This document shows positions 31,901-41,640 of a DNA stretch of 64,000 bases, piece after piece. Source of the stretch: Gammaproteobacteria bacterium (GTDB lineage: Bacteria; Pseudomonadota; Gammaproteobacteria; UBA12402); NCBI GenBank assembly GCA_050123335.1, contig JASFHH010000004.1, positions 3,561-67,560 of the forward strand, read 5' to 3'. Position 1 is the stretch's first letter, and each line of letters opens with the position of its first letter. Made by a program: the position numbers and the translations under genes. Below the pieces are notes generated by a model. The model was not told the DNA's origin and made no database searches. It saw only the letters and a list, made by a program, of their open reading frames with translations.

Positions 31901-32077
31901 GCTTATGATAAAAAACCTAAGATACCTAAAACAGAAATAATAAAAAAACATGGGATATTTGCCCCAAAGAAACAAAAGATCCCAAACAAAAATCCTGATA
32001 ATATGAAATCAATACTGGAAAACGCATGGCGTGGTGAAAGTTATTATCAAAATTACTGGATGTGTAATCTCCTTTAG
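28991..32077 (+). CDS. large effector-like protein with divergent class II nucleotidyltransferase (PcnB/CCA-like) domain
   Basis: IIGSAMLRHLYNKPPTDYDMLV and DDFFGGLLHLKSKKVVLIHNPTTTFNQSPEKAYR..YAIAFGFEL. Polybasic tract. C-terminal CNLL. Confidence 0.7.
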   Translation: MLNGNYKVYLKLKECIKTNYTNIRSYKTLQLVETTKILQLTKQAIGFVRNYEIEFICNKKMIITSKIKPKIVIKINSRTRSTIISLPFKQQLIHLKPKIFISNTDCMLIGFILENVYAKHNKKNWKFGKEKKRRLVTHLMFVLFPCLNALLHQVAEFKSVDEALKIYDFIIENIAANYMKIGALVKKGMLQQYVLRKNDKAIKSYQDAYKICKKINCYDLIFVLTCLYPIFHNSKNLPLKIWFPESLHKIICKKLNKHFGPYLKSQIALLVTGFTKEENIELKIFIVRIYECYIKYAILNKIKLSNKLLHKFYLTQHRTHGLSLEDLFDLAVSKNNFLIALALYDEENKLNPANIDFYIKFIIFTIDQNQTIIANKLLNKLSEYSKAVESSKYAIIFYLLNGNAKQAKKCKFGNISNLELITINNYLGKKVAKNLKIILNKIESKINTVSKKNKHNKRNKKRKIKKKRKQQKKLFMKADEKQQTMKPKTKIEKKPPTPIYIPGSKINPEIIEIIKAIQNKCPVIMIIGSAMLRHLYNKPPTDYDMLVGCNLDEIKLFIPKKYSVTFIEGEHPHLVVKYGKNKTVDINTLIYKTMVVICKRIDYQTTKKLYQTIFRLVDRFIVLMCIDNGKLTMIDIIWFDDRTNNIRFQQITKKHKSKLFNKLWNSYIQQLKKRKKNTIYKFFIKNHIITVHIAKLFEVTDIEIPLKRYLRGGTATITSIGWSYNQKENVFYTKDDFFGGLLHLKSKKVVLIHNPTTTFNQSPEKAYRIIYYAIAFGFELKEKTLKSLQKRKDLLFKKPYAPHPNTIYKYIKKLLLEDGAATIKYINSNKLWHLVPLFKLPNSKFPTERDIIFYIECFTELRKAVRNIQQIKEEIIIPAILLYPNIHEALKTFTMILQQSRCWRTFYSVVHNLIINEEYFKPFKAAANFFAAIDTIRHVIVYRNASIPKKSDISKKLTIETKLLLKGFEIAYDKKPKIPKTEIIKKHGIFAPKKQKIPNKNPDNMKSILENAWRGESYYQNYWMCNLL

Positions 32078-32078
32078 C

Positions 32079-33206
32079 CTATGATCTCACTACAGCTACC
32101 GACATAAAATATTCCCTCTTTAAAGTCATAATTCTGTTATATGATAAATTTATTCTTTGTTCTGATATAACCCCTTGCTTAATAAGTTGGTTGACAATCT
32201 GTATAACTTTTTGTGCAATATGCGGTTGATATTTGAGTTGATTGCCAAATAACAAAATATCAGCGCCCGCTTTTATCGCCAGTTTTACTGTGGTTTCTAA
32301 ATTATATTTATCAGTGATAGCCTGCATTTGTAAATCATCAGTTATTACAATTCCTTTAAAACCTAACTTATGACGCAAAAGTTTCGTAATAATTGGATAT
32401 GAAATAGATGCTGGGTGACCTGATGGATCCAGAGAATAATTAACAATGTGCGCGGCCATGATTAAATCGCAAGCTTGATTTGTATCAATCAATTTTTTAT
32501 AAGGAGTTAATTCTTGTGACTGCCAAGTATTAGTAACATCGACAAAACCTTTGTGCGTATCACCAGTTGAGCTGCCATGGCCAGGAAAATGTTTTAAAGT
32601 GCATAAAATGTGGTATTTTTTATAAGTATTAGCAAATATTGCTGCGCGATTAATCACATTGCTTGGGTCTTTGGAAAAACTGCGTCCCAATTTACCGATT
32701 ATAGGATTATTAGGATTTATATTTAAATCAACAACCGGAGCAAAAGCTAAATCAATCCCTTCACTATTTAAAGTTTTTGCCATTAATGTTGCGTACTTTT
32801 TTGTTACTGATAATGGTTGTGAACCTAAATATTGTGCGCTAACTGTTTTAGGAAAACCGTATGAAGGTTTCAGCCTAGTTCCTGCAGTTCCTCCCTCATA
32901 ATCAATACCAACAAACAAAGGAACCGCAGTATAACTTTGTAATTGCTTAACAAGGCGTTTTAATTGATAAGGACTTTTTATATTATTATCGAAGGTTTTA
33001 GTTTTGTAATTGTAATCAAACAAAACTACTCCTCCAATTCGTTCTTTTATTATATCTTGAACTACAGGATCATTTTGATGCAATGTGCTGCCATTAAAAC
33101 CAATCATAATCATTTGACCAATTTTTTGATTTAAGCTTGGTTTAGCACTAACCGGCAAAATAATAAAAAAACAAATCACCGCAAAAAAAATTTGAAATTG
33201 TTTCAT
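32079..33206 (-). CDS. nagZ: GH3 beta-N-acetylhexosaminidase
   Basis: KHFPGHGS..GDTH, IDYEGG, ITDDLQM; signal peptide. Confidence 0.88.
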   Translation of the reverse strand: MKQFQIFFAVICFFIILPVSAKPSLNQKIGQMIMIGFNGSTLHQNDPVVQDIIKERIGGVVLFDYNYKTKTFDNNIKSPYQLKRLVKQLQSYTAVPLFVGIDYEGGTAGTRLKPSYGFPKTVSAQYLGSQPLSVTKKYATLMAKTLNSEGIDLAFAPVVDLNINPNNPIIGKLGRSFSKDPSNVINRAAIFANTYKKYHILCTLKHFPGHGSSTGDTHKGFVDVTNTWQSQELTPYKKLIDTNQACDLIMAAHIVNYSLDPSGHPASISYPIITKLLRHKLGFKGIVITDDLQMQAITDKYNLETTVKLAIKAGADILLFGNQLKYQPHIAQKVIQIVNQLIKQGVISEQRINLSYNRIMTLKREYFMSVAVVRS

Positions 33207-33328
33207 AATATATACCCATTTCACTTCAAGATGCGAATTACATTAAATAAAACCACTTAGTTTGTTTTTGTGGTAACTACCGCGCATGCAAGACCTATGT
33301 TCTATTTTAGTTGTGTAGATGAGCGGTT

Positions 33329-33370
33329 ACTCGTAATTTTACAAAACAAACAAATTGTAAAATTACGAGT
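33329..33370. terminator. perfect 16-bp AT-rich hairpin downstream of maf
   Basis: ACTCGTAATTTTACAA-N10-TTGTAAAATTACGAGT. Confidence 0.45.
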
Positions 33371-33375
33371 TCCAA

Positions 33376-33960
33376 CTAATATTTTTTGCATTCGGCATCC
33401 TCAAGCAATTTTTTGGTCAATTTTAATGGTAACCCTTTAACACTATCAACCCCACCAACAACCTTCTTAATATGCGGATTTAATTTTTTGTTTTTATCTT
33501 CGACCTGAAATCCTCCGGCGCATTTAAGAAAATCCGGATTATAGGCTAATGTTTGAATATCATCTTCTGAAATATCATTAAAATAAACCTTAGCTATATC
33601 TATTGCAAAAACTCGATGTTTATTTGATGTGTTAGTTACTGTTACAGCAGTTATCGTGGTTGCGACATTGTTTGAATAACAACGTAAAAAATAAGCAATT
33701 TCCTCTGCATTACACGGCTTTTCAAAAATCTGGTCATTGCAAACAACCACTTGATCTACGGTAATTAACAAAGCATCTGTTGAAATTTTTTGTAGTAAAA
33801 AATCTGCTTTGGCATTTGCAATAGCTAATGCTAATTCTTTTGGATTATCGCGGCGTATTTTTTTTTCATCAATATTTGCAGTCATTACTTCAAAAACAAA
33901 ACCAGCTTCTTCTAAAATTCGTTTTCTTTGGATAGAGGCTGAACCTAAAATTATTTGCAT
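33376..33960 (-). CDS. maf: Maf family nucleotide pyrophosphatase
   Basis: IILGSASIQRK, IDEK, ANAKA, DQVV, EKP, V.GLPL. Confidence 0.9.
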   Translation of the reverse strand: MQIILGSASIQRKRILEEAGFVFEVMTANIDEKKIRRDNPKELALAIANAKADFLLQKISTDALLITVDQVVVCNDQIFEKPCNAEEIAYFLRCYSNNVATTITAVTVTNTSNKHRVFAIDIAKVYFNDISEDDIQTLAYNPDFLKCAGGFQVEDKNKKLNPHIKKVVGGVDSVKGLPLKLTKKLLEDAECKKY

Positions 33961-34030
33961 TAATAAATTTCCATTTATGTTTAAGTTTTGTTAGAACTTC
34001 GTTCTTCTATTTTGTATGAAGTATCATATT

Positions 34031-34723
34031 CTAAGCGCCAAAGCTGCAAATTATACCGATAGTTGCAGTTACTACGGATGCTACAGATTTATTTAAACTG
34101 TGTCCAATATTTGATGTGCTGCGTGCTTGCAAGATAGAATCAGGTTTGACCCCAAATATATAGTCTGCCATAACAGTTACCCCAAAATTTTTATTAAAAT
34201 TATAGCCGGCCCCTAAAGCAACTTTAGGTAATATCTTGGCTCTATCATTGGATAAATCGGTATAATTCACTTGATAATAACTACCTTTTAGGTTTTGTGA
34301 TACGTAAGCAGCCCCTGCTTTACCAAAAATATTCCAGTTAGTATTAGTCAAATTATATAAAGCAACTCCCATTAAATGAATATTATAGCCTTGATATTTC
34401 CAGTGAATTGTGCTGCCATCAGTAGAATAAAGTTTATATTTATTGTTCTGATAATAGTTATAGCCTAACTCGGGTCCCAATTTTAACCCAGATATACTAG
34501 ATATGTTCCATAGATATCCAACATATATGTTGGCAGAAAAACCGCCGAATTTTTCACTGTAAGATTGAGCTTGATTTTTTACTGTGCTGGGTAATTTTGC
34601 AGTATACATTTTACCAACACCTGCGCCAATGCCAGCATACCACTTAGATGGTACTGCAGCAAAAATGGTAGTTGTGAAGATTAAAATAGCAATTGTGCTA
34701 AAAGTTAAAAATAAATTTTTCAT
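34031..34723 (-). CDS. outer-membrane beta-barrel protein (OmpA-TM-like)
   Basis: Signal peptide; WYAGIGAG, ELGYNYY, FGKAGAAYV, LGAGYNF. Confidence 0.82.
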   Translation of the reverse strand: MKNLFLTFSTIAILIFTTTIFAAVPSKWYAGIGAGVGKMYTAKLPSTVKNQAQSYSEKFGGFSANIYVGYLWNISSISGLKLGPELGYNYYQNNKYKLYSTDGSTIHWKYQGYNIHLMGVALYNLTNTNWNIFGKAGAAYVSQNLKGSYYQVNYTDLSNDRAKILPKVALGAGYNFNKNFGVTVMADYIFGVKPDSILQARSTSNIGHSLNKSVASVVTATIGIICSFGA

Positions 34724-34770
34724 TTTTATTTTCTCATAAATAAACGTAAATTTTAAAGACTGCTGCGCAC

Positions 34771-35958
34771 TTAAGAAAATTTGGCAAATTCTTTTGCGAC
34801 TTTGTGTAATTCGTTTACAAATTCATCAATTAAATTTTGAGTGAAATGTCCAGAAACAACGACGCTTGCTTTGTTCCCTTCTAATTTTAACTGCCAATAT
34901 TCAATAAATTGCAAATTCATTGGAAAATTATTAATAACAATAATTGTTGAATTTGGATTCGAAAATGCATCAATACCTATTTCCTTTAATTTTGATACAG
35001 CATATTTGGTTAATTCCATACGTCGTTTGGTTTCTGCACGCATGCCTGTTATTCCACCAGCGCGAACCAATCCATCCATTGCTCCTATCGAAATTAAACC
35101 GCTTCTTGAACTAGCTGGAATATATTTTGTTTTATCTGCTTCAGCCATGATGTAACCAACACTTCGTTCCATAAATAAAGGTTTATTAACTAAAAATACA
35201 GAATTAGGCACTGGCGCTCCCCAAGCTTTGTATGGACTCACAGCTAAAGAATGGATCGGTAATGCTGCAAAATTAATATCCGCAGTTTCTTTCAAAAATG
35301 GTAAATAACTACCATGCAAAGCAGCGTCACAGTGAATATACCGATCTGTAATCCCCGCTTCATCTAAACGCGCGATAATCGTTCGAACATTATCAATTGC
35401 ACCAGTCATAGTGGTGCCTAAAGTAATTACCAAAATAACCGGTTTATCTTTATCGATGGCTGACATTAAAGCATCAACATTCATCTCACCATTTTGATGT
35501 ACAGCAATCTCTTTCTGATGCGGCATTCTTAATTCATCAATCAAATTTGGTATTCCAAAATGCGCTTCTTTTGAAAAATAAACAATCCCATCTGGAAATT
35601 TATTTCTGGCAACCAAAAGCGCGCTACGATTGGATTCATGTCCTCCACTTGCTACATATCCCCAACAATCTTTACCTTTATATAAATCCATCATAAAGTT
35701 AACTACACCTCTTTCAATATTCCGGGCGTTTGCAGCATACGGAATAATAGGAGGCATAAGAAAAGGATCTGGACCTTGTTGCCAATGATAAGCTAACAAG
35801 TTTTTAAATTTTTCCGAGCAATTTTCTTTTAAATTTGTGCTTACAGGATAACCTAACATGTATGGTGCACCAGCTTCTGCTCGCTGCAGCATTTCATCAA
35901 GCACAACATCCCATTCTTTTACAGAAGGAACCGATTGAAACTCTTGCTGCGATATCAT
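34771..35958 (-). CDS. group II PLP decarboxylase (histidine/serine decarboxylase-like, divergent)
   Basis: LGYP, WGYVASGGHESN, LGTTMTGAID, YIHCDAALHG, VSPYK (PLP lysine), SR.G. Confidence 0.8.
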   Translation of the reverse strand: MISQQEFQSVPSVKEWDVVLDEMLQRAEAGAPYMLGYPVSTNLKENCSEKFKNLLAYHWQQGPDPFLMPPIIPYAANARNIERGVVNFMMDLYKGKDCWGYVASGGHESNRSALLVARNKFPDGIVYFSKEAHFGIPNLIDELRMPHQKEIAVHQNGEMNVDALMSAIDKDKPVILVITLGTTMTGAIDNVRTIIARLDEAGITDRYIHCDAALHGSYLPFLKETADINFAALPIHSLAVSPYKAWGAPVPNSVFLVNKPLFMERSVGYIMAEADKTKYIPASSRSGLISIGAMDGLVRAGGITGMRAETKRRMELTKYAVSKLKEIGIDAFSNPNSTIIVINNFPMNLQFIEYWQLKLEGNKASVVVSGHFTQNLIDEFVNELHKVAKEFAKFS

Positions 35959-36042
35959 GACATCATCTCCTTTTTGCTAGTCTAACATTATATTTCAAGT
36001 TGAAATTTACTCGATATATGGTATCCATTTCTTCATTGTATT

Positions 36043-37914
36043 TCAAGCTGAAATTTCTTCGATATATGATACCCATTTCTTTACTGCTGCATCTAATTCC
36101 GACAAATCAATATTTGCCGAACTATTTGGCATCCATGAAAACTCAATATTCTTGCGTGAAAATGCAATATGTGCACCAAATTTACTAACCGCCTCTAGAG
36201 TTCCACCAGGCCGTCCTATCATAGTAAAGTTTTTTGGTAATTTGTGAAATGAAGTTAAAATATCCATAGAACCCGGAAGTCGTGCAGGACGAAAAAGATA
36301 TGCTGCATAACCGCCTTCTAGTTTATTTCCAACTGACACAAAAAATTTACACAGCGCATCATACAATGCCCCTTCTGGTTTTTGCAAAAAATAAGTAGGA
36401 GACCAACCTTCCTGGGTTTTTTGAATAGTATTAGCATGATAAGCAACAGCTTCTTTAAACAAATTAAACAATTCAGTATTAGTTAATTCCTTTTTAATAA
36501 CAGCGGTTATAAATTCGTTAATTTTATGAGTCGGAATAAATGTCCAGTCTAATAAACTTCCGGTGCTTGCCGCATCTTTTACCGTTAATGCATGTTTAAA
36601 GATAGGCAGTTTTTTTTGTGCATCAATGTCTCTAGCCGCTAACATTATTAATAATTGCATTGCAGCGTCTGGGTTAAGTTTACGCTTAATAAAAAACGAT
36701 AAACCGATATCTAAGTTACAAATAGAATGTTGTTGGTGAAAATAAACTTCAGCAGCTTTTATCAAAGGTGATAATTCATTTTCTTCAACATCGAACTTTA
36801 ATTTGCGTAATTGATAATTTTCCGCTTGTTTATAAGCATCGCCTTTTATTGGAACAGTGAAAGCAACATCCACTATCGTACTAAAAAGTGGACAAGCAGT
36901 ATAAAGATTATCCCCTCTTGTATAGGAATTTATAATGCCAAGTTTACCAGTTGAGTTAACAACAAATTGCGTAGTTCCATACCAACGATTAGAAAAATTA
37001 GTAAACATTTCTTTAATTTGTTTTTCTCTGTTTCTAGTAATATTTTCATTTTGATCTAAACAAACCACCAACAATGAATCGTCAATTAATTGCAAAAAAC
37101 GTGCGTTTTCACTCCTCTTTTCAAGTTCTTTACGCACTTCGTGGCAAAGTTTTCTTGGTGCAGCAGTAATACTTCCAAGTGCACCACGATAATTATTATC
37201 TTTACAATCCGAAATAATAGCTTCTAAATTAGATTGTAACAATTCAGCAGATAATATTTTGCCATCATCATGAATTACCGATAAATAATAAGCATGACCA
37301 TTAACTAAAATTGTTACATGCCTTGGTTGTGAAGCTGAATGTATAGTATTTCCGTGGTCAGTTGTAATAACGGTATGTCCAAAATAATGCCCCTGGTTTT
37401 CCCAAGTAAGTGTTACACCATCATATGTCATGCTTTTTTTTTGATTTAATTGCATATATATTTTGACAGCTGCATAAATTACAGTTGCAGCCCTTTCTGT
37501 TTGTGAAAGATTCCTTAGATCATCTTTAAAAATACCTATTACATCTAATGTTACTAATGGATTAGGTGATTTCAATCGTGATATAATTTCAGCTTCGTAA
37601 TTGTCAGTTTTTTTCAGAGCTTCTAAACGTTTAGCATAAAACTCTTCTGTAAAAAAAGAATTAATAAAAATATTTTTTAGAAGCTGATTTACTTTATCAA
37701 TTTTTTCACTGTTATCTAATGTTTTATTTTTGATAGCTTGCAATATCTCTTGCATAGGATTGATAACTTTTTCTAAAAAAATTTTATCTTCTTGCGCTTG
37801 CGTCTTAAAATCTTTTAGAAAATTCTGTATACACATTACCAGTTGTGACAAATTGGTGATACAACCAAGATCATTTTTTAACCAAATTTTTAACACTTCA
37901 TACGAATTCATCAC
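36043..37914 (-). CDS. choline/carnitine O-acyltransferase family protein (divergent)
   Basis: HVTILVNGHAY, LGSITAAPR, IDDSLLVVCLD, NRWYG..QFVV...G..G, LNPDAAMQL. Confidence 0.72.
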   Translation of the reverse strand: MMNSYEVLKIWLKNDLGCITNLSQLVMCIQNFLKDFKTQAQEDKIFLEKVINPMQEILQAIKNKTLDNSEKIDKVNQLLKNIFINSFFTEEFYAKRLEALKKTDNYEAEIISRLKSPNPLVTLDVIGIFKDDLRNLSQTERAATVIYAAVKIYMQLNQKKSMTYDGVTLTWENQGHYFGHTVITTDHGNTIHSASQPRHVTILVNGHAYYLSVIHDDGKILSAELLQSNLEAIISDCKDNNYRGALGSITAAPRKLCHEVRKELEKRSENARFLQLIDDSLLVVCLDQNENITRNREKQIKEMFTNFSNRWYGTTQFVVNSTGKLGIINSYTRGDNLYTACPLFSTIVDVAFTVPIKGDAYKQAENYQLRKLKFDVEENELSPLIKAAEVYFHQQHSICNLDIGLSFFIKRKLNPDAAMQLLIMLAARDIDAQKKLPIFKHALTVKDAASTGSLLDWTFIPTHKINEFITAVIKKELTNTELFNLFKEAVAYHANTIQKTQEGWSPTYFLQKPEGALYDALCKFFVSVGNKLEGGYAAYLFRPARLPGSMDILTSFHKLPKNFTMIGRPGGTLEAVSKFGAHIAFSRKNIEFSWMPNSSANIDLSELDAAVKKWVSYIEEISA

Positions 37915-38290
37915 TATTCCTCTATTGCAAAATGCAAAAAATGATAATTATTTTTAATCACGTGCTTATTTTTGACAGGTGCTTATTTTTGATATTTTTG
38001 AACTGTAATGATTCGTGATGGAACTTAATATAATAAATAAATTAGTTTATTTCAAGATAAATTTTCCAGTAAAAATAGCAAAGAATATGCAACAATTCAT
38101 TGATTAAACGAAACATTAATAGAAATCAAACAAAAGTAAAAATAAGGCCCAAGTCAAAATTGTATAGAAAACGCACAAGAAATCACGGTGTTATAGGCTT
38201 CAATACAGTTTGGTTAAAAAATCTGCACAAGTAATTTACAGTACATTTCTTGATTTAAATATGCTGGTTTTTAATCTATAATATAATTTT

Positions 38291-41200
38291 ATGACTCATA
38301 AAGGATTTTGGGTTTGTATGAGGAAAAAACAGAGGATGCCTTCAGAAGCTAGCGCTTTTATTCATAAGCAAGCTCTTGAAAAACTAACACCATTAGAACT
38401 TCAAAATATTTTCAAAAAAGTTGATCACGAAATCGCGATTCTTGATAAAAATGAACGAATTGTTTTTTTAAATAATAATTTCTGCAATTTGCTTAAATGC
38501 AAAAACTTGGAGCAACAACCATGCCTGGGAAAAAAAATTACTAATTTTTTTCCCAAAGATTTCATATCTGTGTATTTAAAACAGATTAAACCCTTACTTA
38601 AAGGTAAACAATCATGGCGTGGAGAGATTGATTTTATAAATACAGAAAAAAAAATTATTAGAACTTCTTGTGAAATTGTTCCTATCAAATCTTCAAAGAA
38701 AGATACGATTTATTATGTTTATTGGGTAAGTCCATTACCAAAGAATATAATTTCATTTTGTCAAAGTTTAGATGAATCAACCGATTTTTTCCGCTCCCTA
38801 TTTCAAATGTCGCCAGATCCAATCTATCTAATTGATGAAGAAGGAAATATTTTACTTGGCAATAAAAAACTTTCTGCTATCACTGGTTATCCTGCTAAAA
38901 AATTAGCAGAAAAAACAATCTACGATATAGAACAAACTATTTCTTCGAAAAAGCAATTAACATCATTGATAAACAACATCAGTAAAAAAGGACATGGCTC
39001 TTTTCCAGGAAAACTCATTGATAAAAATAAAGATCTCCACCCTGTTGAAGTTAGCTTAAGAAGAATATCTATCTGCGGACAGCCATCAATTTTAATCACC
39101 TCACATGATATTTCACTACGTAAAAAATATCAGCAAGAAGCGCAATATAATATTAAATTACGTAATTTGATTACAAAAGTAACAAATCGTTTTTCTCTTG
39201 TAAGTGTAAACTCATTTGACAACGCTGCTAACAAAGCTCTGGGAGATTTGGGGAAGTTTGCAGAAGTTGATCGTTGTTACTTATTTAAGCTTAAAGATAA
39301 TGAATTATTTTTTACTGATAATCATGGGTGGCGTCCTAGAAAGAAAGTAGACATTAGTGAATTATTTTTTGCAAATACACACGAATGGTGTGCAGAAGGC
39401 ATAACATCTGAAATTGAACATTTGCGTCACATCCCTTTTGCGCCGTATTTATGGGTTTTTAGATATTTTCAAGAACACTCCGTTTTTGCACTAGATAGAG
39501 TTGAAGATTTGCCAGATAATTACGCAATTGCAAGAAACGAATTTATGCGCGAAGGCATTAAATCCATTTTAATAGTTCCATTAAGACGCGGTAAATACTA
39601 TTTTGGAACTATAGGATTTGATGCCGTTTATCACCATGTGAGTTGGGATGCAGCTACGATCCAGTTACTATCAGACTTTTCAAACTTCATTGCGCAAGCG
39701 CTAGACAGACGTGAAACTCTTCTTTTGGAAGAGCAAAAGGAACAATTTGAATTTACGTTAACCAAAAAAATATTGAATGCCACCGTGGAAGAATTGGCGT
39801 TTTTTATTAAAAATGTTCCTTCGTCAATTGCAATATTTGACTTAAATTTGCGGTATGTGGCTGTAAGTGATCGCTGGCTGGAAGATTTTCGTGTTAAGAA
39901 AAAAAATATCATCGGTAAATCACATCTAGAAATATTCAAAACTGATGCCTCAAAATGGAAAAAAATTTTCAAACGTTGCTTAAAAGGCGAAATGATCTCA
40001 AGTGAAAAAGATTATTTTAACGGACCAGACGGAAAAGGTGATTGGATAAAGTGGAAAGCATATCCAAAGAAAGATCATGATAATAAAATTTGTGGTATTG
40101 TTATACTTTTAGAAGTGATCACTGAAAGAGTTAAAAATGAAGAAAAAATTATCCATATCATGAACCATGATATATTGACTGATATTCCCAATCGACAATA
40201 TTTTCATGAAACTTTAGAAAAAACATTAAGCGACAAGAAGAGAAAACAATATACTTTGATTATTACTTCAATAGAAAATTTCGAAACTATTAATAATTAC
40301 TATAATGTTTTTGTTGGTGATAAATTTATTCAGGAAATCTCAAAAAGATTGCAAAATTGTATAACTAAATCTACTTTTTTTGCAAGATTAGATGCCGGCC
40401 AATTCGCTTTTATTTTACAAGGAGGAAATGAGCCGCAAATTGTCCGTTTTGTTAAAAAAATTAATTCATGTGTTTCAGAACCATTTCACATACAAAATTA
40501 TTATATCAGAACTAGTCTTAGTTTTGGTATTCGCGTATTTAAACCCAACGGATTGAGTTACGAAAAATTAATAAAAGATGCTGAAATTGCACTTTATCAG
40601 GCAAGGTTATCTTCGATAAATAAAATTGCTTACTTTAATTCTACTTTGGAAGAAAAATACTTAAGAAGGCTGCTTTTAGAAAATGATCTGCAGCGTGCTA
40701 TTGATGAGTCCCAATTTTATACTGTATATCAACCGTTCTTTTCTCTTCAAGCAAAAAAAGTAGTTGGTGCAGAAGTATTATTAAGATGGAGACACCCAAA
40801 ACTAAAAGAAGTATCTCCACTTGAGTTTATTCCTCTGGCTGAAAAAACTGGGAAAATCATACCAATTGGTTATCAAGTTTTAATTGAGGTTTTCGAAAAC
40901 ATAAAACAACTGCTAAAAATCATCGAAAAACAACCAACGTTTATATTTTCAATTAATTTATCTCCTGACCAATTAATAGATAAAGAATTCATTAAAAATT
41001 TAAAAAAAATGATTGATAAGTACAAAATTCCAATTCATTTATTACAATTCGAAATTACTGAAACCAGACTGCTGCAAAATACTAATGAAGTAATTTCTGC
41101 TTTAAAACAAATCAAAAAACTTGGTTGTAAAATTGCTATTGATGATTTTGGAACGGGGCATTCATCTTTAGAAAGATTAAGAGAATTACCAGCATCAAGC

Positions 41201-41434
41201 TTAAAAATCGATAAATGTTTTATTGATAATATTGATACAAATGAAAAAAGCACCTCATTAGTAAAACATATTTTGATGTTAGCTAGAGAATTAAGAATGA
41301 CAACTGTGGGTGAAGGAATAGAAAATAAATCACAAGAACACATGTTACAATTTTTGGGATGTGATATTGGCCAAGGGTTTTATTATTCTAAACCCATCCC
41401 TATTAAAAAGTTTGCAGCAAAATATTTAAAATGA
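38291..41434 (+). CDS. PAS-PAS-GAF-PAS-GGDEF(degenerate)-EAL protein, likely phosphodiesterase
   Basis: GGDEF motif replaced by DAGQF; EVLLRW, EITE, DDFGTG and EGIE intact. Confidence 0.88.
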   Translation: MTHKGFWVCMRKKQRMPSEASAFIHKQALEKLTPLELQNIFKKVDHEIAILDKNERIVFLNNNFCNLLKCKNLEQQPCLGKKITNFFPKDFISVYLKQIKPLLKGKQSWRGEIDFINTEKKIIRTSCEIVPIKSSKKDTIYYVYWVSPLPKNIISFCQSLDESTDFFRSLFQMSPDPIYLIDEEGNILLGNKKLSAITGYPAKKLAEKTIYDIEQTISSKKQLTSLINNISKKGHGSFPGKLIDKNKDLHPVEVSLRRISICGQPSILITSHDISLRKKYQQEAQYNIKLRNLITKVTNRFSLVSVNSFDNAANKALGDLGKFAEVDRCYLFKLKDNELFFTDNHGWRPRKKVDISELFFANTHEWCAEGITSEIEHLRHIPFAPYLWVFRYFQEHSVFALDRVEDLPDNYAIARNEFMREGIKSILIVPLRRGKYYFGTIGFDAVYHHVSWDAATIQLLSDFSNFIAQALDRRETLLLEEQKEQFEFTLTKKILNATVEELAFFIKNVPSSIAIFDLNLRYVAVSDRWLEDFRVKKKNIIGKSHLEIFKTDASKWKKIFKRCLKGEMISSEKDYFNGPDGKGDWIKWKAYPKKDHDNKICGIVILLEVITERVKNEEKIIHIMNHDILTDIPNRQYFHETLEKTLSDKKRKQYTLIITSIENFETINNYYNVFVGDKFIQEISKRLQNCITKSTFFARLDAGQFAFILQGGNEPQIVRFVKKINSCVSEPFHIQNYYIRTSLSFGIRVFKPNGLSYEKLIKDAEIALYQARLSSINKIAYFNSTLEEKYLRRLLLENDLQRAIDESQFYTVYQPFFSLQAKKVVGAEVLLRWRHPKLKEVSPLEFIPLAEKTGKIIPIGYQVLIEVFENIKQLLKIIEKQPTFIFSINLSPDQLIDKEFIKNLKKMIDKYKIPIHLLQFEITETRLLQNTNEVISALKQIKKLGCKIAIDDFGTGHSSLERLRELPASSLKIDKCFIDNIDTNEKSTSLVKHILMLARELRMTTVGEGIENKSQEHMLQFLGCDIGQGFYYSKPIPIKKFAAKYLK

Positions 41435-41436
41435 TG

Positions 41437-41617
41437 TATAGCTAAACCCTTATAAATTGATGCAAATTAAAGAGGTTTTGGTTGTTTTTTCGACGACCTA
41501 GCGTCCATGGATGGAAACGCGGGAGGTACATGGACGTATCATGGGAGGAGAAAAAACAACCAAAACCTCTTTAATAAACAAATTTTGAGTGCATCAGTTT
41601 ATAAAAAGTTAGCTATA
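41437..41617. repeat. ~181-bp palindromic MITE-like element between convergent genes
   Basis: TATAGCTAA...TTAGCTATA termini. Arms ATTAAAGAGGTTTTGGTTGTTTTT / AAAAACAACCAAAACCTCTTTAAT. Core shared with 51661-51716. Confidence 0.9.
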
Positions 41618-41640
41618 GTTATTGTCTAATAAACATTTAA

